From Gammaproteobacteria bacterium (lineage in GTDB: Bacteria > Pseudomonadota > Gammaproteobacteria > Eutrophobiales > Eutrophobiaceae), in the NCBI GenBank assembly GCA_965221695.1, contig OZ244905.1, forward strand, positions 1,952,001 to 2,016,000: a DNA stretch of 64,000 nucleotides, read 5' to 3'. Of the stretch, positions 39,603 through 51,441 are shown one piece after another. The notes under the pieces are model-generated. The model was not told where the DNA came from and did no database searches. It worked only from the letters and a program-made list of their open reading frames with translations. The position numbers and the translations under genes are program-made. The number at the start of each line of letters is the position of its first letter. Within the stretch, counting starts at the first letter, position 1.

Positions 39603-40033
39603 TGAAACCTGACAAGTATCATTACTGCGGACTCGCTCGCAGGTTGATGGCCATTGCTTATGACTGTTGCCTGCTGTTTTCCTTACTGTTTTTTGCGACC
39701 CTGCCGGCGCTTGCCGTTACTGGCGGCAAAGCATTTGTCCCCGGCAACCCGTATTATTGCGCGTACCTACTGCTGATCTCATGGTTTTATTTCGTCTGGC
39801 AGTGGAAAACAGGACGGCAAACCCTGGGCATGCGCACCTGGCGCATATACCTGGCAACCCGGGGCGGGAGGCCGCCTGACTGGAAAAACCTCAGTGTCAG
39901 ATTTTTTCTTGCAATTGTATCGTTGTCTGCAATGGGCCTTGGGTTTCTCTGGGCTCTGGTCGATGAGGAACGGATGACGTTTCACGATCGGTTTTCGGGG
40001 ACAATACTGGTTTTCGCCGGTAAAACAGGGTGA
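39602..40033 (+). CDS. RDD family membrane protein
   Basis: RRLMA..YD, GRQTLGMR.W, FHDRFSGT; usual neighbour of lptG. Confidence 0.9.
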   Translation: MKPDKYHYCGLARRLMAIAYDCCLLFSLLFFATLPALAVTGGKAFVPGNPYYCAYLLLISWFYFVWQWKTGRQTLGMRTWRIYLATRGGRPPDWKNLSVRFFLAIVSLSAMGLGFLWALVDEERMTFHDRFSGTILVFAGKTG

Positions 40034-41072
40034 ACAGGACCAGGCACAGCAACAGGGTTGGTGCGTTCGAGCTGATGAGCGGATGGATGCCGTAGACGAT
40101 GCCGATATGGCCGGATGCGGAATTGATAAAGTAGAAAATCACGCCGATCAGGGCGCCGGCAAATACATGTTGGCCCAGCCCGTCTGAACGGGCGCGCGCG
40201 GCAACCAGCGGTATGGACAGAATAATCATAGCAATGATTGTGAACGGGCGCGCCAGTTTTCCGTAAAACGCCCGTTCATGGGCCGCGGCGTTCTGTGAAT
40301 TGGATTTCAGCGCGCTGATGTTGTCAGACAGGTTCCACAGGGACATGTGCAAAGGGTTGACGATGATCAGGTTGATCAAACCGTCATCGATCCAGGAAGC
40401 CCAGGTTGCCTTGCTGTAATGCTCCCGACTGAGACCGGAGCTGTCGATAACCGTTCTTTCAACGTTCTCCAATAGCCAGCGACCATCAATAAATTGGCCG
40501 GTATCAGCGCTGATACTGCTGCGCATCCGGTCCTGCTCGTCGAACTCATAGATGTATATTTCCTCAATGAGATTGCCGGGCAATATTTTGCGGATATTGA
40601 TGAAACTGTTTCCATCCCTGGCCCAGAAGCCGTATTGTGTCTGCATGACGACCTGTTCCGCCAATGCGATGGAACGTTGATATCTGGCCTTAATTTCACT
40701 GACAGGAACAACCAGCTCACCGAGCAGGACAGAAAACAGCGCGATGACCAGGGCTGCTTTTGCCAGATAACCGGCGAGTGTATATTCCGAAACGCCGGCG
40801 AGCCTGATTATGTCGAGCTCGCTGTTTCTGTGTAACAACGCCATACATGTCATGCCGCCAATCATCGCCGCGATCGGCAGAATCTCATAAGCCAGCCGCG
40901 GCAGGGTCAGAAGCACGTAATTGATTGCCTGGTAGGTATCGTAGTTGCCTTGTCCGGCATCTTCCAGTTGGTCAATAAGAGACAAAAACGCAAACACGCC
41001 AACCAGGACGGCCAGGGCCAGAGCCGTAGTCCAGACCAGGTTGACGATAAAATAGCGTTGTATGATTTTCAT
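39897..41072 (-). CDS. lptG: LPS export permease LptG
   Basis: SEL.IIR.AGVS, GFWARDG..FINI; follows lptF. Confidence 0.92.
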   Translation of the reverse strand: MKIIQRYFIVNLVWTTALALAVLVGVFAFLSLIDQLEDAGQGNYDTYQAINYVLLTLPRLAYEILPIAAMIGGMTCMALLHRNSELDIIRLAGVSEYTLAGYLAKAALVIALFSVLLGELVVPVSEIKARYQRSIALAEQVVMQTQYGFWARDGNSFINIRKILPGNLIEEIYIYEFDEQDRMRSSISADTGQFIDGRWLLENVERTVIDSSGLSREHYSKATWASWIDDGLINLIIVNPLHMSLWNLSDNISALKSNSQNAAAHERAFYGKLARPFTIIAMIILSIPLVAARARSDGLGQHVFAGALIGVIFYFINSASGHIGIVYGIHPLISSNAPTLLLCLVLFTLFYRRKPVLSPKTDRETSSVPHRPEPRETQGPLQTTIQLQEKI

Positions 41073-41105
41073 ACTGTCGCCATATTACGGGAAGCGCTGA
41101 TCATC

Positions 41106-42221
41106 TCAGAGATTTCCAGGAATTCGTCCGGGAACCGGCCAGGCGACGCGCTTCTTCCATCTCAACCTCCAGAGCGGTAACCGGAAGAACAGGACAATGA
41201 CTACGATTAGTAGCAAGTGCGCCCACCACAGGCCGATGAAACCCGGTATGTCATCTCGTTTCAACAAGGTTTTCGCTATGCTCAGCAGGTTGCTGTAAAC
41301 GATGTAAATGAGCAAGGCCACGAATGCGGAAAAGTATTTCTGCTCGCTGAATGAATAACGGCTCAGGGCAAGCGCCAGCACAGGCAACAGTAATGACGAT
41401 ATGACAAACGACAGGCGCCACTGTAGTTCGGCGGCATGTTTGGGGCTGTTGGAAGCCATCAGAGTTGCCGTCGGGAGGGATTCCAGCTTCAGGTATTCAG
41501 TTTGCGTCTCATCCTGTTCAACCAGCACGGCATAAGTCCGATATCGGGTAATACGGTAATCCAGGGAATCCCGGCTCCCGGTATAGCCTCGCCCGTCCTC
41601 GAACAATATAAATTTGCCGCCCGAAGTTTCCCCGTACCGGTAACTGGCGCTGTTTGCGTTGAGCACGCTGGTTTGCCGCCCTTGCCTGACCTGCAGAAAA
41701 ACGTTCTCCATCCGGCTCCTGTCATTCGAGAACTGTTCAATATAGATAACCCGATCTCCTTTGCTCATCTCGTTGAATTTGCCGGCCGCTATGCCGGCGG
41801 TATCCGCTTGCGCTACCGCCCGGGTTCGCAATGTCTCGGTATTCTGCGCGGCCCAAGGCGAAATGTAAAAACTGGTGGCAAAGACGACCAGGGAGAACAA
41901 CAGGGAAAACTGGAGCACAGATAGCATTTCAACGCGCCGCGCGCCGCCCGCAACCGACAGCGCGGTCAATTCCCGATCACGCGCCAGTCTTGACAGGCCC
42001 AGCAATACTGCCAGAAAAACAGCGATAGGCATTAGTTTGGGCAGGGTCGAGAGCATTTTCATCAGCAGGGTCTGTAAAACCAGGTCGGCGGGCAGGGCGC
42101 CGGCGGCGGCATCAGCGAGGTATCTGACAAACCGGTTGCTCATGATGATCAGCAATAGCAGGCCTATGATCCAACCGAGTTTTTCAGCAATTTCTTTGTG
42201 AATATAACGTCGCAGGATCAT
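41106..42221 (-). CDS. lptF: LPS export permease LptF
   Basis: MILRRY, FVRYLADAAAG.L, AELQWR; divergent from pepA. Confidence 0.92.
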   Translation of the reverse strand: MILRRYIHKEIAEKLGWIIGLLLLIIMSNRFVRYLADAAAGALPADLVLQTLLMKMLSTLPKLMPIAVFLAVLLGLSRLARDRELTALSVAGGARRVEMLSVLQFSLLFSLVVFATSFYISPWAAQNTETLRTRAVAQADTAGIAAGKFNEMSKGDRVIYIEQFSNDRSRMENVFLQVRQGRQTSVLNANSASYRYGETSGGKFILFEDGRGYTGSRDSLDYRITRYRTYAVLVEQDETQTEYLKLESLPTATLMASNSPKHAAELQWRLSFVISSLLLPVLALALSRYSFSEQKYFSAFVALLIYIVYSNLLSIAKTLLKRDDIPGFIGLWWAHLLLIVVIVLFFRLPLWRLRWKKRVAWPVPGRIPGNL

Positions 42222-42323
42222 AATGCTTGGTTATAATACCGGTTATCGGATACTATTCAGCAAGCTCCCACTCAATCAGAGCTTGTTTCGCCACCTTTTA
42301 TTTACACGAATGAACAGAATATC

Positions 42324-43823
42324 ATGGAATACAACATAAAAAGCGGTCGCCCTGAAAAACAACGCAGCTCATGCCTGGTCGTAGGCGTGTATGAAGCCCG
42401 CAAACTGACGCCTGTGGCGCAGGCTGTTGACAACATCAGCGACAAGCTACTGTCGAGTCTGCTACGCAAAGGCGATATGAATGGAAAAATCGGACAGTCG
42501 TTATTGTTGCACAATGTTCCCGGAATCTTTGCCGACCGGCTGCTGCTGGTTGGTTGCGGCAAACAGAAAGAACTGGATGACAGACAATACCGGAAGATCA
42601 TCGTCAACAGCATTAAACAGGTAAAACAGACCGGCGCAATAGACGCCGCCTTTTTCCTACCGGCCCTTGAGGTCAAAAACAGAGATAATGCCTGGAAGAT
42701 ACAAAACACAATAGTGTTTATCGACCATGAGTTGTACCAGTTCAAGGAATTCAAGAGTAAAAACAAGGAGCCAAAAAAATCCCTGCGCCAAATTACTCTG
42801 ATGGTCCCCTCACGCAAGGACCTGCCGGAATGCGAACCCGCGCTGGCACGCGGCATTGCGTTGGCCGCGGGCGTGAAACTGACCCGCGATCTGGCCAACC
42901 GCCCGGCCAATGCCTGCACGCCGACCCACCTGGCCGATCAGGCCGTAGAACTGGGCAAGACGTATGCATCGGTGAAAGTGACGACGCTCGACGAAGCGGA
43001 AATGAAAGACCTGGGCATGAATTCACTGTTATCGGTTTCGCAAGGTAGCGCCCAGCCGGCAAAACTGATCGTTTTCCAGTACCAGGGCGCAGGCGCGGAC
43101 AGCAGGCCGGTCGTGCTGGTGGGAAAAGGCGTCACGTTCGATACTGGCGGTATCTCTATCAAGCCGTCCGCGGCGATGGATGAAATGAAATTTGATATGT
43201 GCGGCGCGGCCTCGGTCTTCGGGGCAGTCGCTGCTGTCGCAGGCATACAACTGCCGATCAACCTGGTGGGTGTAATCCCGGCTGTTGAAAACATGCCCGG
43301 CGACTCCGCGACAAAACCCGGCGACATCTTTACCAGCATGTCCGGACAGACCGTCGAGGTATTGAACACTGACGCGGAAGGCCGCCTGATACTTTGCGAT
43401 GCCCTGACCTATAGCGAACAGTTCGATCCCGTAACCGTGATAGACATAGCCACGCTCACCGGCGCCTGCGTAGTTGCCCTGGGAAAACATGCCACAGGAC
43501 TGCTCAGCAATCATGACCCGCTCGCCGGCGAATTGCTCAAAGCAGGAGAAATCGCGGGCGATCGGGCCTGGCAACTGCCTCTTTGGGAAGAATACGAGAA
43601 ACAACTGGAGAGCCCGTTTGCCGATATGGCCAATATCGGCGGACGCGATGCCGGCACGATAACCGCCGCCTGTTTCCTGGCGAAATTTGCCAAAAAATAC
43701 CAGTGGGCGCATCTGGATATTGCCGGAACCGCGTGGGTAAGCGGGAAAAACAAGTGCGCGACAGGCCGGCCAGTTCCATTACTGACGCAATACCTTATCC
43801 AGCATTGCGAAGACCAGAGCTGA
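42324..43823 (+). CDS. pepA: Leucyl aminopeptidase
   Basis: VGKGVTFDTGGISIKP, MKFDMCG, NTDAEGRL. Confidence 0.97.
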   Translation: MEYNIKSGRPEKQRSSCLVVGVYEARKLTPVAQAVDNISDKLLSSLLRKGDMNGKIGQSLLLHNVPGIFADRLLLVGCGKQKELDDRQYRKIIVNSIKQVKQTGAIDAAFFLPALEVKNRDNAWKIQNTIVFIDHELYQFKEFKSKNKEPKKSLRQITLMVPSRKDLPECEPALARGIALAAGVKLTRDLANRPANACTPTHLADQAVELGKTYASVKVTTLDEAEMKDLGMNSLLSVSQGSAQPAKLIVFQYQGAGADSRPVVLVGKGVTFDTGGISIKPSAAMDEMKFDMCGAASVFGAVAAVAGIQLPINLVGVIPAVENMPGDSATKPGDIFTSMSGQTVEVLNTDAEGRLILCDALTYSEQFDPVTVIDIATLTGACVVALGKHATGLLSNHDPLAGELLKAGEIAGDRAWQLPLWEEYEKQLESPFADMANIGGRDAGTITAACFLAKFAKKYQWAHLDIAGTAWVSGKNKCATGRPVPLLTQYLIQHCEDQS

Positions 43824-43830
43824 AGGCGGT

Positions 43831-44271
43831 ATGGCCAGAGCTGATTTTTATATCGTCAACGAGTCCGTTATGCCTTACCGCTTTGTCTGCCAGCTTGCCG
43901 ATAAAATCAGGAATGAGGGCTATGATATCTATATCCACGCGGCTTCCCGGGAAGAAGCGGCGTCCTTGGACGACCTGCTCTGGACCTTCAGGGATATCAG
44001 TTTCTTGCCCCACATTGCCATTGATGCCGGTGAATCCGTGGTGGAAGACTCCCCGATAGTCATCGGCTGGGAGGGCGAAGCGCCGTTAGCGCGCCGGGCT
44101 CTAATCAACCTGTCCGGCGCCGCGCCCGACAACCCGGACGCGTATGAGCGAATTCTAGAGGTGGTTCCATCCGAACCGGCCGGCCGCCAACAGGCCAGGC
44201 TGCGCTACAGGGATTACCGCGCCAAGGGGTTGGAGATGCATAGCCACAATATCGATTCCAGCCATGTCTGA
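43831..44271 (+). CDS. holC: DNA polymerase III chi subunit
   Basis: RADFY, LDDLLWTF...SFLPH, AR.RYR.YR; pepA-holC-valS synteny. Confidence 0.93.
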   Translation: MARADFYIVNESVMPYRFVCQLADKIRNEGYDIYIHAASREEAASLDDLLWTFRDISFLPHIAIDAGESVVEDSPIVIGWEGEAPLARRALINLSGAAPDNPDAYERILEVVPSEPAGRQQARLRYRDYRAKGLEMHSHNIDSSHV

Positions 44272-44497
44272 CTCCGGTCGCCCGGCCACAACAAACGGCA
44301 ACAGCTCGCCGGGGCAGGACAGCAAAGTTGGAACCCGAAAACGGTTGCCTAAGCTGCGCGATCAGGTCAGGCAGACTGACATACCGACACTGGCTCAACC
44401 CGTGGCTGCGCCTGCGCTCGATGAACAAATTCCGACGCTTGAAGAAACTTCCTCCAAATTCGAGCAGGCCATCCCCGTAGTTGACCGGAATGGATAA
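44264..44497 (+). CDS. Small hypothetical protein between holC and valS
   Basis: Overlaps both neighbours; repeated IPTL motifs. Confidence 0.45.
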   Translation: MSDSGRPATTNGNSSPGQDSKVGTRKRLPKLRDQVRQTDIPTLAQPVAAPALDEQIPTLEETSSKFEQAIPVVDRNG

Positions 44498-47312
44498 GAC
44501 CTACAACCCAAAAACCATCGAGTCTCGCTGGTACGTCATGTGGGAACAGCAGGGTTATTTCAAGCCCCGGGGAGGCGCCAACCGTTACAGCATTGCCCTG
44601 CCGCCCCCCAACGTGACGGGCAGTTTGCACATGGGGCATGCCTTCCAGCAGACCCTGATGGACATATTAATTCGCTACCAGCGCATGCGCGGGACCGACA
44701 CCTTGTGGCAATGCGGAACCGATCACGCCGGCATTGCCACACAGATGGTGGTGGAACGGCAGTTGGAGGGCAAGGGCAGGTCGCGACATGACCTGGGACG
44801 GGAAAAGTTCGTCGAGGCGGTATGGGATTGGAAGGAACGCTCCGGCAGCGCCATCACCCGGCAGTCCCGGCGCCTGGGCGCATCCATGGATTGGAGCCGG
44901 GAACGTTTCACCATGGATGAAGGTCTCTCCCATGCGGTTCGGGAGGTATTCATCCGCTTGTACGATGAGGGCCTCATCTACCGCGGCAAACGGCTGGTCA
45001 ACTGGGACCCGGTATTGCATACAGCCGTCTCCGACCTGGAGGTGCAGACACAAGAAGAAGCAGGCCATCTCTGGCATATTCGCTATCCGTTCACTGATGG
45101 CAACGGCTGTCTGGTGGTGGCGACGACACGCCCCGAAACCATGCTGGGAGACACCGCAGTCGCAGTGCACCCGGACGACAGCCGCTACCTGGAACGGGTG
45201 GGAAAGACCGTGACATTGCCACTGACGGGGCGCGCCATCCCCGTTATTGCCGACGAGCAGGTGGATCCCGAATTCGGCACCGGTTGCGTTAAAATCACAC
45301 CGGCCCATGATTTCAACGATTACGAGATGGGGCTGCGCCACGATCTGCCGCTGGTAAACATCTTCACCATTGACGCCGCAATCAATGACAACGCGCCGTC
45401 CGCATATCGTGGTATGGATCGCTACGTTGCGCGCCGACAGATCATCAAGGACCTCGAAGATCAGGAGTTGATCGAGAAAATTGAAGACCACACCCTGATG
45501 GCGCCCCGTGGCGATCGCTCCGGTGCGGTGATCGAACCCTACCTGACCGACCAATGGTATGTGAAGATTCAACCGCTGGCGGACCCGGCCATTGCCGCGG
45601 TGGAAAACGGCGCCATCCGCTTTGTCCCGGAGAACTGGTCAAAAACCTATTTCGAGTGGATGCGCAACATCAAAGACTGGTGCATATCCCGCCAGCTCTG
45701 GTGGGGACACCGCATCCCGGCCTGGTATGACGCGCAGGGAAATATCTATGTCGGCAAAGACGAGGCTGATGTCCGAAAAAAATACCAACTCGACAATGGC
45801 GCGCGCCTCACCCAGGACCCGGATGTGCTGGACACCTGGTTTTCCTCAGCCTTGTGGCCTTTCTCCACGCTGGGCTGGCCGGAACGGAGTTCGGAGCTGG
45901 AGCGATTCTACCCGACCAGTGTGCTGGTTACCGGTTTTGACATTATTTTCTTCTGGGTCGCCAGAATGATCATGATGGGACTGAAATTCATGGGCGATGT
46001 GCCGTTCCGGGAGGTGTACGTCACCGGTCTGGTGCGCGACCCCGAGGGCCAGAAGATGTCCAAGTCCAAGGGTAATATCCTGGATCCACTGGACCTGATT
46101 GACGGTATCGAACTGCAGCCACTGCTGAAAAAACAGACTGAAAGCCTGATGCAGCCGCAGTTACAGAGCAAGATAGAAAAAGCGACACGCAAACGGTTTC
46201 CGGACGGCATCCCTGCGTTCGGAACGGATGCGTTGCGTTTTACCTTTGCCCAGCTTGCTACGCAGGGGCGCGACATCCGCTTTGATACGGGACGGATCCA
46301 GGGTTATCGCAACTTCTGCAACAAACTCTGGAATGCATCCCGGTATGTCCTGCTCTGTGTCGCGGAGCATGACCTGGACCTCCGAACCGGCGATACGGAG
46401 TACGGGAGCGCGGAACGCTGGATAAGCATCCGGCTGGGCCAGGCCACGCGCCAGGTTGTCCAGGGCATTGCCGATTATCGCTTCGACCTGGCGGCCCAGG
46501 CTCTGTACGAGTTCACCTGGGATGAATATTGCGACTGGTACGTGGAATTATCGAAGGCCGCGCTGAACGACCCGCGGTCTACCATTGAATACAAGCGGGG
46601 TATCCTGCTCACCTTGTTGACCGATCTGGAAATGCTGCTGCGCCTGTTGCATCCGTTCATACCTTTTATTACCGAAGAACTCTGGCACAGGATCGCTGCC
46701 CAGTTGGACCGGGACGGCGACACGATCATGTTGCAGCCTTATCCCTCCACCGAGGAGATAGCTGGCATGATCGGCATGGAAGCGCTCGCGCAAACCGATT
46801 GGCAAAGCGTTGTGAAGGAGAACGCCGAGGCGCTGGCGGAGATGGATTGGCTGAAATCCTTTGTCCTGGGAGTGCGGCGCATCCGGGCTGAACGAGACAT
46901 CGCGCCCAGGAAACCGCTGGACATAAAAGTCAAAGGCGGCAGCGCGCAAGAACAGGCATGGCTGAACGCAAACGCTAACAGGATACAAGCGCTGACCAGT
47001 GTGAATGATATTACGCAGGTTGAGATGGAACCCGATGACGCAATCACAGCGCAGGCCGGTTCGATGATGTTGATGGCGCTGCTGGCCGACCTGATCGACC
47101 CCGCTGCTGAGGCTGAAAAATTGAATAAACAATTAGCGCGGCTTAATACCGACAGGGAACGGCTGGATGGGAAGCTTCAAAATCGCAACTTCACCGATAA
47201 AGCGCCGCCTGCAATCGTGCAAAAGGAACGTGATAAACTGGCAGACATGAACACAGCGGCTGAAAGGCTGACCGAACAGCTTGAGCGCATCAGCAGATTA
47301 AGGAACCTCTGA
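44490..47312 (+). CDS. valS: Valine-tRNA ligase
   Basis: [31 protein letters not shown]-terminal coiled coil. Confidence 0.98.
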   Translation: MDKTYNPKTIESRWYVMWEQQGYFKPRGGANRYSIALPPPNVTGSLHMGHAFQQTLMDILIRYQRMRGTDTLWQCGTDHAGIATQMVVERQLEGKGRSRHDLGREKFVEAVWDWKERSGSAITRQSRRLGASMDWSRERFTMDEGLSHAVREVFIRLYDEGLIYRGKRLVNWDPVLHTAVSDLEVQTQEEAGHLWHIRYPFTDGNGCLVVATTRPETMLGDTAVAVHPDDSRYLERVGKTVTLPLTGRAIPVIADEQVDPEFGTGCVKITPAHDFNDYEMGLRHDLPLVNIFTIDAAINDNAPSAYRGMDRYVARRQIIKDLEDQELIEKIEDHTLMAPRGDRSGAVIEPYLTDQWYVKIQPLADPAIAAVENGAIRFVPENWSKTYFEWMRNIKDWCISRQLWWGHRIPAWYDAQGNIYVGKDEADVRKKYQLDNGARLTQDPDVLDTWFSSALWPFSTLGWPERSSELERFYPTSVLVTGFDIIFFWVARMIMMGLKFMGDVPFREVYVTGLVRDPEGQKMSKSKGNILDPLDLIDGIELQPLLKKQTESLMQPQLQSKIEKATRKRFPDGIPAFGTDALRFTFAQLATQGRDIRFDTGRIQGYRNFCNKLWNASRYVLLCVAEHDLDLRTGDTEYGSAERWISIRLGQATRQVVQGIADYRFDLAAQALYEFTWDEYCDWYVELSKAALNDPRSTIEYKRGILLTLLTDLEMLLRLLHPFIPFITEELWHRIAAQLDRDGDTIMLQPYPSTEEIAGMIGMEALAQTDWQSVVKENAEALAEMDWLKSFVLGVRRIRAERDIAPRKPLDIKVKGGSAQEQAWLNANANRIQALTSVNDITQVEMEPDDAITAQAGSMMLMALLADLIDPAAEAEKLNKQLARLNTDRERLDGKLQNRNFTDKAPPAIVQKERDKLADMNTAAERLTEQLERISRLRNL

Positions 47313-47382
47313 TTCAGTCAGAGCTATGTTAACCAAATAAATGAAACTCTGACTTAACCAGAGACTCCAACATAATGCAACC

Positions 47383-48093
47383 ATGTTCGAAACTCTGAAA
47401 GAAGACATACAGGTAGTGTTCGAGCGGGATCCCGCCTCCCGCAGCGCGCTGGAAACGCTGATCGCCTGCCCCGGTTTGCACGCGATCATGCTGCATCGCA
47501 TAAACCATTGGCTATGGAGAAAAAAACTCTACCTACTGGCCCGCTTCTGCGCGCATATTGCGCGCTTCCTGACGGGCGTGGAGATCCATCCCGGCGCAAT
47601 GGTAGGCCGGCGCCTGTTTATCGATCATGGTATGGGCATCGTCATCGGCGAGACCTCCGAGATCGGCGATGATTGCTCCATCTACCACGGCGTCACCCTG
47701 GGCGGCACCACCTGGCAGAAGGGCAAACGCCATCCCACGCTCAAAAACGGTGTCATCATCGGCGCCGGCGCCAAGGCGCTGGGACCGATTACCTTGGGCG
47801 ACAATGTCAGGATCGGCTCCAACGCGGTGGTAGTCAAGGATGTGCCAGACAACGCCACCGTTGTCGGCATACCCGGACGGGTGATTGCCAGGGAATCAAA
47901 GGCGGAAGAGGAGCTCAAGAAAGCGCAACGCGAGGCCATGGCCAGGAAGATCGGTTTTGACGCATATGGCGGCAGCCGGGACATGCCGGACCCGATACAG
48001 AACACCCTCGACGCGCTGCTCGACCACATGCACAAAATGGACCAGGAACTGGAAGAGATGAAGCAAAAACTACCCGCTGATGACGCAGATTAA
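47383..48093 (+). CDS. cysE: Serine O-acetyltransferase
   Basis: [27 protein letters not shown]...GKRHP. Confidence 0.96.
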   Translation: MFETLKEDIQVVFERDPASRSALETLIACPGLHAIMLHRINHWLWRKKLYLLARFCAHIARFLTGVEIHPGAMVGRRLFIDHGMGIVIGETSEIGDDCSIYHGVTLGGTTWQKGKRHPTLKNGVIIGAGAKALGPITLGDNVRIGSNAVVVKDVPDNATVVGIPGRVIARESKAEEELKKAQREAMARKIGFDAYGGSRDMPDPIQNTLDALLDHMHKMDQELEEMKQKLPADDAD

Positions 48094-48145
48094 CACGGGA
48101 ACCTCTTTGAGTCAGAGCTTCCACAGATAAAACAACTGTTTGCAG

Positions 48146-48979
48146 TTACATGCTTTGTGTCAGTCGGGTGAGGCCGGGATAGTCACTAGCGGACAAAAGA
48201 AATTTCCGGGCGCTTTCGCCCAGACCTTGGTGTGCGCTTAACCGCTGCCGGGCCTGCTGTGCGGAACGGATTTCTGAACCGCCGATGGCAGAGATGCCGC
48301 GGGTAAACAGGGGATCCGGGAAGAAGCCGGCAGTCGGACCGATGATCACTCTCTTTTGCGCTCCACGGGAATATTCCAGCAACGCATCAATTGAATTGTT
48401 CAACAGGGTAGATGCCGTGATCATTACCTTGTTGCAACCTTCCAGTTTGCGCGGGTCAGCGCTGACCAGGAAATTCTCCTGCTGATTGTGGAACTGCGGC
48501 TTTGTTTCGATGACTGTCAGCCTGTTGCCGTTGTTCCTGAGCCGCTTTACCAACGACGGGAAATAGCCCACCATGCCCACATGGTCGGCGCTGGCAATAT
48601 CCAGAAACCCCATTGAATCCGGCGCGTCCATGGGCGATAACCTGGCCTTTCGGAATACATGGCGCGTGATCGCGTTTATCGCGGCCAAACCCAGGGAACA
48701 ATCCGCCTCGTCATCACTGTCGCAGTAGCGCGCCAGATCGATGGGGCGTCCGCCCCGGAACTCATCCGGTTGATAGCGATTGCCCATGCCTTTCTGCGAA
48801 GCGCCCAGCCAAGCATAGTAGAGTCCTGCGGAGCCATCCCGTAATGTCACGATGCCGAACTCGGTATGACGTTCCGGACCGGGGTCGGGCTCCGGGATGT
48901 ATACCCAGTCAATTGGTGGCAGGTCAACAGCATCCGCAACGGTTTCCACCAGTTGCAGCAGGTCGGCTTTTATGGTCAC
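48146..48979 (-). CDS. DUF364-type (Rossmann-like) protein
   Basis: LGLAAINA, VGMVGYFP, ITASTLLN.SID.LL, GPTA. Confidence 0.75.
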   Translation of the reverse strand: MTIKADLLQLVETVADAVDLPPIDWVYIPEPDPGPERHTEFGIVTLRDGSAGLYYAWLGASQKGMGNRYQPDEFRGGRPIDLARYCDSDDEADCSLGLAAINAITRHVFRKARLSPMDAPDSMGFLDIASADHVGMVGYFPSLVKRLRNNGNRLTVIETKPQFHNQQENFLVSADPRKLEGCNKVMITASTLLNNSIDALLEYSRGAQKRVIIGPTAGFFPDPLFTRGISAIGGSEIRSAQQARQRLSAHQGLGESARKFLLSASDYPGLTRLTQSM

Positions 48980-50013
48980 TATTGCTTTTGGCCTGCAACT
49001 ATGGCCGTGTACGCGCTGCCGGTCAAGGGATTTACTGCGGTCACCTGAAGCCCGGCAACGGCGAAGATTTCGCTATATTCTCCTGCTGTGTAAGTATCGC
49101 CGGCGGGAGTCTGGCGCAGCATGTGCAGGTCAAATCCTGCGACAAAAGGTGGAGATATCCGATCTTCGTTGGGGACAAATTCCAGTGTGTAAATTTTGCC
49201 GTCGGCCGCCAGGGCATCCTTCATGCGCGCCAGAAACTTTGAGCAGGTTGCCGCATCGAAGTGGTGTAGGAAATTGCATAGCAGGATCACCTTGTAGCCG
49301 GTCCCGGTTTCCACCTCAAAGGCGCTGCCCGGGATGGCGTGGTAACGTTGCCCGAGTCCAGCCTGGCGCGCATTCTCCTGCGCCACCTCCAGGACATTGG
49401 GCCAGTCCACCGCGAAAATCTCTGCCCCTGGATGCTTTTGCGCCAGGGTTATGCCGAAAATACCTGAACCGGCCGCAATGTCCAGCGTGCTGACCCGATC
49501 CCCGAAATTCGTTCCGCCAAGGTCGGCACATATTAAATCAGCCAACAGGGCCGCTGGCATACGGTTCAGGCTGGTCATGGATCGGGCAAACGTGACCCAC
49601 ATGGGGTGTCCGGGCACATCGGACCCTGCCACGGATGTCGCCACGCCGCCTTTCCTCACCGCGCTGGCCACATCGCCGATATCCCTGATGAAAAACGGGT
49701 CGAGCAGGAAGTCCACGACATCTCCCATGTAAGCGGGGGAGTTGCGGTCCAGGAACACCGCTGAGTCGCCTGTCAGAGAATAGCTTGAACCGGATTTCTC
49801 CAGCAAACCCATCACACAAAGATAATCACACAGAATGCGCATGCCACGCGGGTCCGTTTGGCAACGCTCTGCCAGGGTCTTCGCAGTATCGGCGCCCTGT
49901 CCCAAGGCGGTAAAAACATCCAGCTCCACCGCGCCCTTTATCGCAGCGGAGTCACGGTAGGCCATGACCGCTTTGAGAAAAAGTTCGGGGGAAGGTTGAC
50001 TATCCCGGCTCAT
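48979..50013 (-). CDS. Class I SAM-dependent O-methyltransferase with dimerisation domain
   Basis: AVELDVFT.L, LDIAAGSG, NFLHHF. Confidence 0.87.
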   Translation of the reverse strand: MSRDSQPSPELFLKAVMAYRDSAAIKGAVELDVFTALGQGADTAKTLAERCQTDPRGMRILCDYLCVMGLLEKSGSSYSLTGDSAVFLDRNSPAYMGDVVDFLLDPFFIRDIGDVASAVRKGGVATSVAGSDVPGHPMWVTFARSMTSLNRMPAALLADLICADLGGTNFGDRVSTLDIAAGSGIFGITLAQKHPGAEIFAVDWPNVLEVAQENARQAGLGQRYHAIPGSAFEVETGTGYKVILLCNFLHHFDAATCSKFLARMKDALAADGKIYTLEFVPNEDRISPPFVAGFDLHMLRQTPAGDTYTAGEYSEIFAVAGLQVTAVNPLTGSAYTAIVAGQKQ

Positions 50014-50141
50014 GTCGATCATTTGTTGTGCTTCCTGGTTTAGTATCGTTTCGGAACGGTTAGAAGCATTGCAATATACCATGTAAGTTATGGCTTTTTT
50101 ATCTATACTTTGAGATGGAGAACTAACGACAGAATCACTTT

Positions 50142-50732
50142 ATGACTTCATTACGGCTGATTTCGCTGGTTTTGCTTGCGGCATTGCTCTTGCCCCCTGT
50201 GAACGGTTACACCCAGTCGATGAGCATTATCGGCGGCGGTTCCTTCGCGCGTAACTGCTACATGGCCGCGACCCTTGCCATACAGATGAACTCCTCGTCC
50301 AGAGAAGACCTGGAGGACTGTAATCTGGCGATTGCCCACGGCAAGCTGCAGCGCAAGGACCTGCTGGCCACCTATGTTAACCGGGGCATCATCTATGCCG
50401 CCATGGAAGAATACCAGTTGGCCATGCAAAACTACGGAGCTGCCATCGATCTTGGCCCGAAAACCGGCGAAGTCTATGTCAACCTGGGTAATATCTACTT
50501 GCTCGCCCAAAAATTCGACTCGGCGATACAGCAATACACCATCGCCATCGAATTGACCCTGGCCAAAGACCACATTGCCCATTACAACCGCGGAATGGCT
50601 TACGAAAACAACCTGGAGTTTGACAACGCCGAAGCCGACTACCGCAAGGCCATAGAATTATCGCCCGAGTGGTTCCTGCCTCAACTGCGCCTGGAACGCC
50701 TCCGGAAAAAAGCTGAGGAGCAAAATACCTGA
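50142..50732 (+). CDS. Exported TPR-repeat protein
   Basis: Signal peptide; YVNRG, YVNLGN and HYNRG TPR units. Confidence 0.85.
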   Translation: MTSLRLISLVLLAALLLPPVNGYTQSMSIIGGGSFARNCYMAATLAIQMNSSSREDLEDCNLAIAHGKLQRKDLLATYVNRGIIYAAMEEYQLAMQNYGAAIDLGPKTGEVYVNLGNIYLLAQKFDSAIQQYTIAIELTLAKDHIAHYNRGMAYENNLEFDNAEADYRKAIELSPEWFLPQLRLERLRKKAEEQNT

Positions 50733-50901
50733 CCTGGCCCGTTCACAACGATTGTTTGTCGTACTTCCTACGATCTGTTGTTTTGGTTTTCCATAAATTC
50801 GCAAGCATGGATTGGGTTCTTGTCCATAAGAAGCCTCTGGTTGTATTGAGATAATAGCGCCAATAATTTTATTGAATGTCCTGTGTTTTTGTGACGGGGA
50901 A

Positions 50902-50926
50902 ATACTTGACTAAAATAGTCGGATAT
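50902..50926. promoter_or_regulatory. IscR type-1 binding site
   Basis: ATACTTGACTAAAATAGTCGGATAT fits ATASYYGACTRwwwYAGTCRRSTAT with one mismatch; lies upstream of iscR. Confidence 0.85.
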
Positions 50927-50967
50927 GTAAAAATATTCGTTCTTTTAAACAGTTCGTGGCGTTTGCT

Positions 50968-51417
50968 ATGCGATTGACAACAAAAGGACGGTATGCCGTT
51001 ACAGCCATGCTGGACCTGGCTTTGCATGAAAACTTCGGTCCCGTCAACCTGATGGAGATATCCAAACGTCAGGGGATATCCTTGATGTATCTGGAGCAAT
51101 TGTTCCTGCGCCTGAGAAAGAGTGGTCTGATAGTCAGCGCGCGCGGCCCCGGTGGGGGTTACCGGTTACAGCAGCCCGGGTCGGATATCTCCGTGGCGGA
51201 CGTGATTCGCGCGGTTGACGAACAGGTTGACGCAACCCGCTGTGGCGGCCATAAAAACTGCCAGGCTGACCAGCCTTGCCTGACGCACGACCTGTGGGAA
51301 GACCTGAGTTTGCACATTACCAGCTTTCTCAGTGACATAAGCCTGTCCGACCTGGTCCAGCGAAGCTCCGTAAAACAGGTCTCAGCCAGACAGGACCAGG
51401 TGATGTTTCGCGTATGA
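50968..51417 (+). CDS. iscR: Fe-S cluster regulator IscR (Rrf2 family)
   Basis: [32 protein letters not shown]-x5-C-x5-C-LTH. Confidence 0.95.
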   Translation: MRLTTKGRYAVTAMLDLALHENFGPVNLMEISKRQGISLMYLEQLFLRLRKSGLIVSARGPGGGYRLQQPGSDISVADVIRAVDEQVDATRCGGHKNCQADQPCLTHDLWEDLSLHITSFLSDISLSDLVQRSSVKQVSARQDQVMFRV

Positions 51418-51441
51418 GCAGCAATATGACAGAGGTAAATT

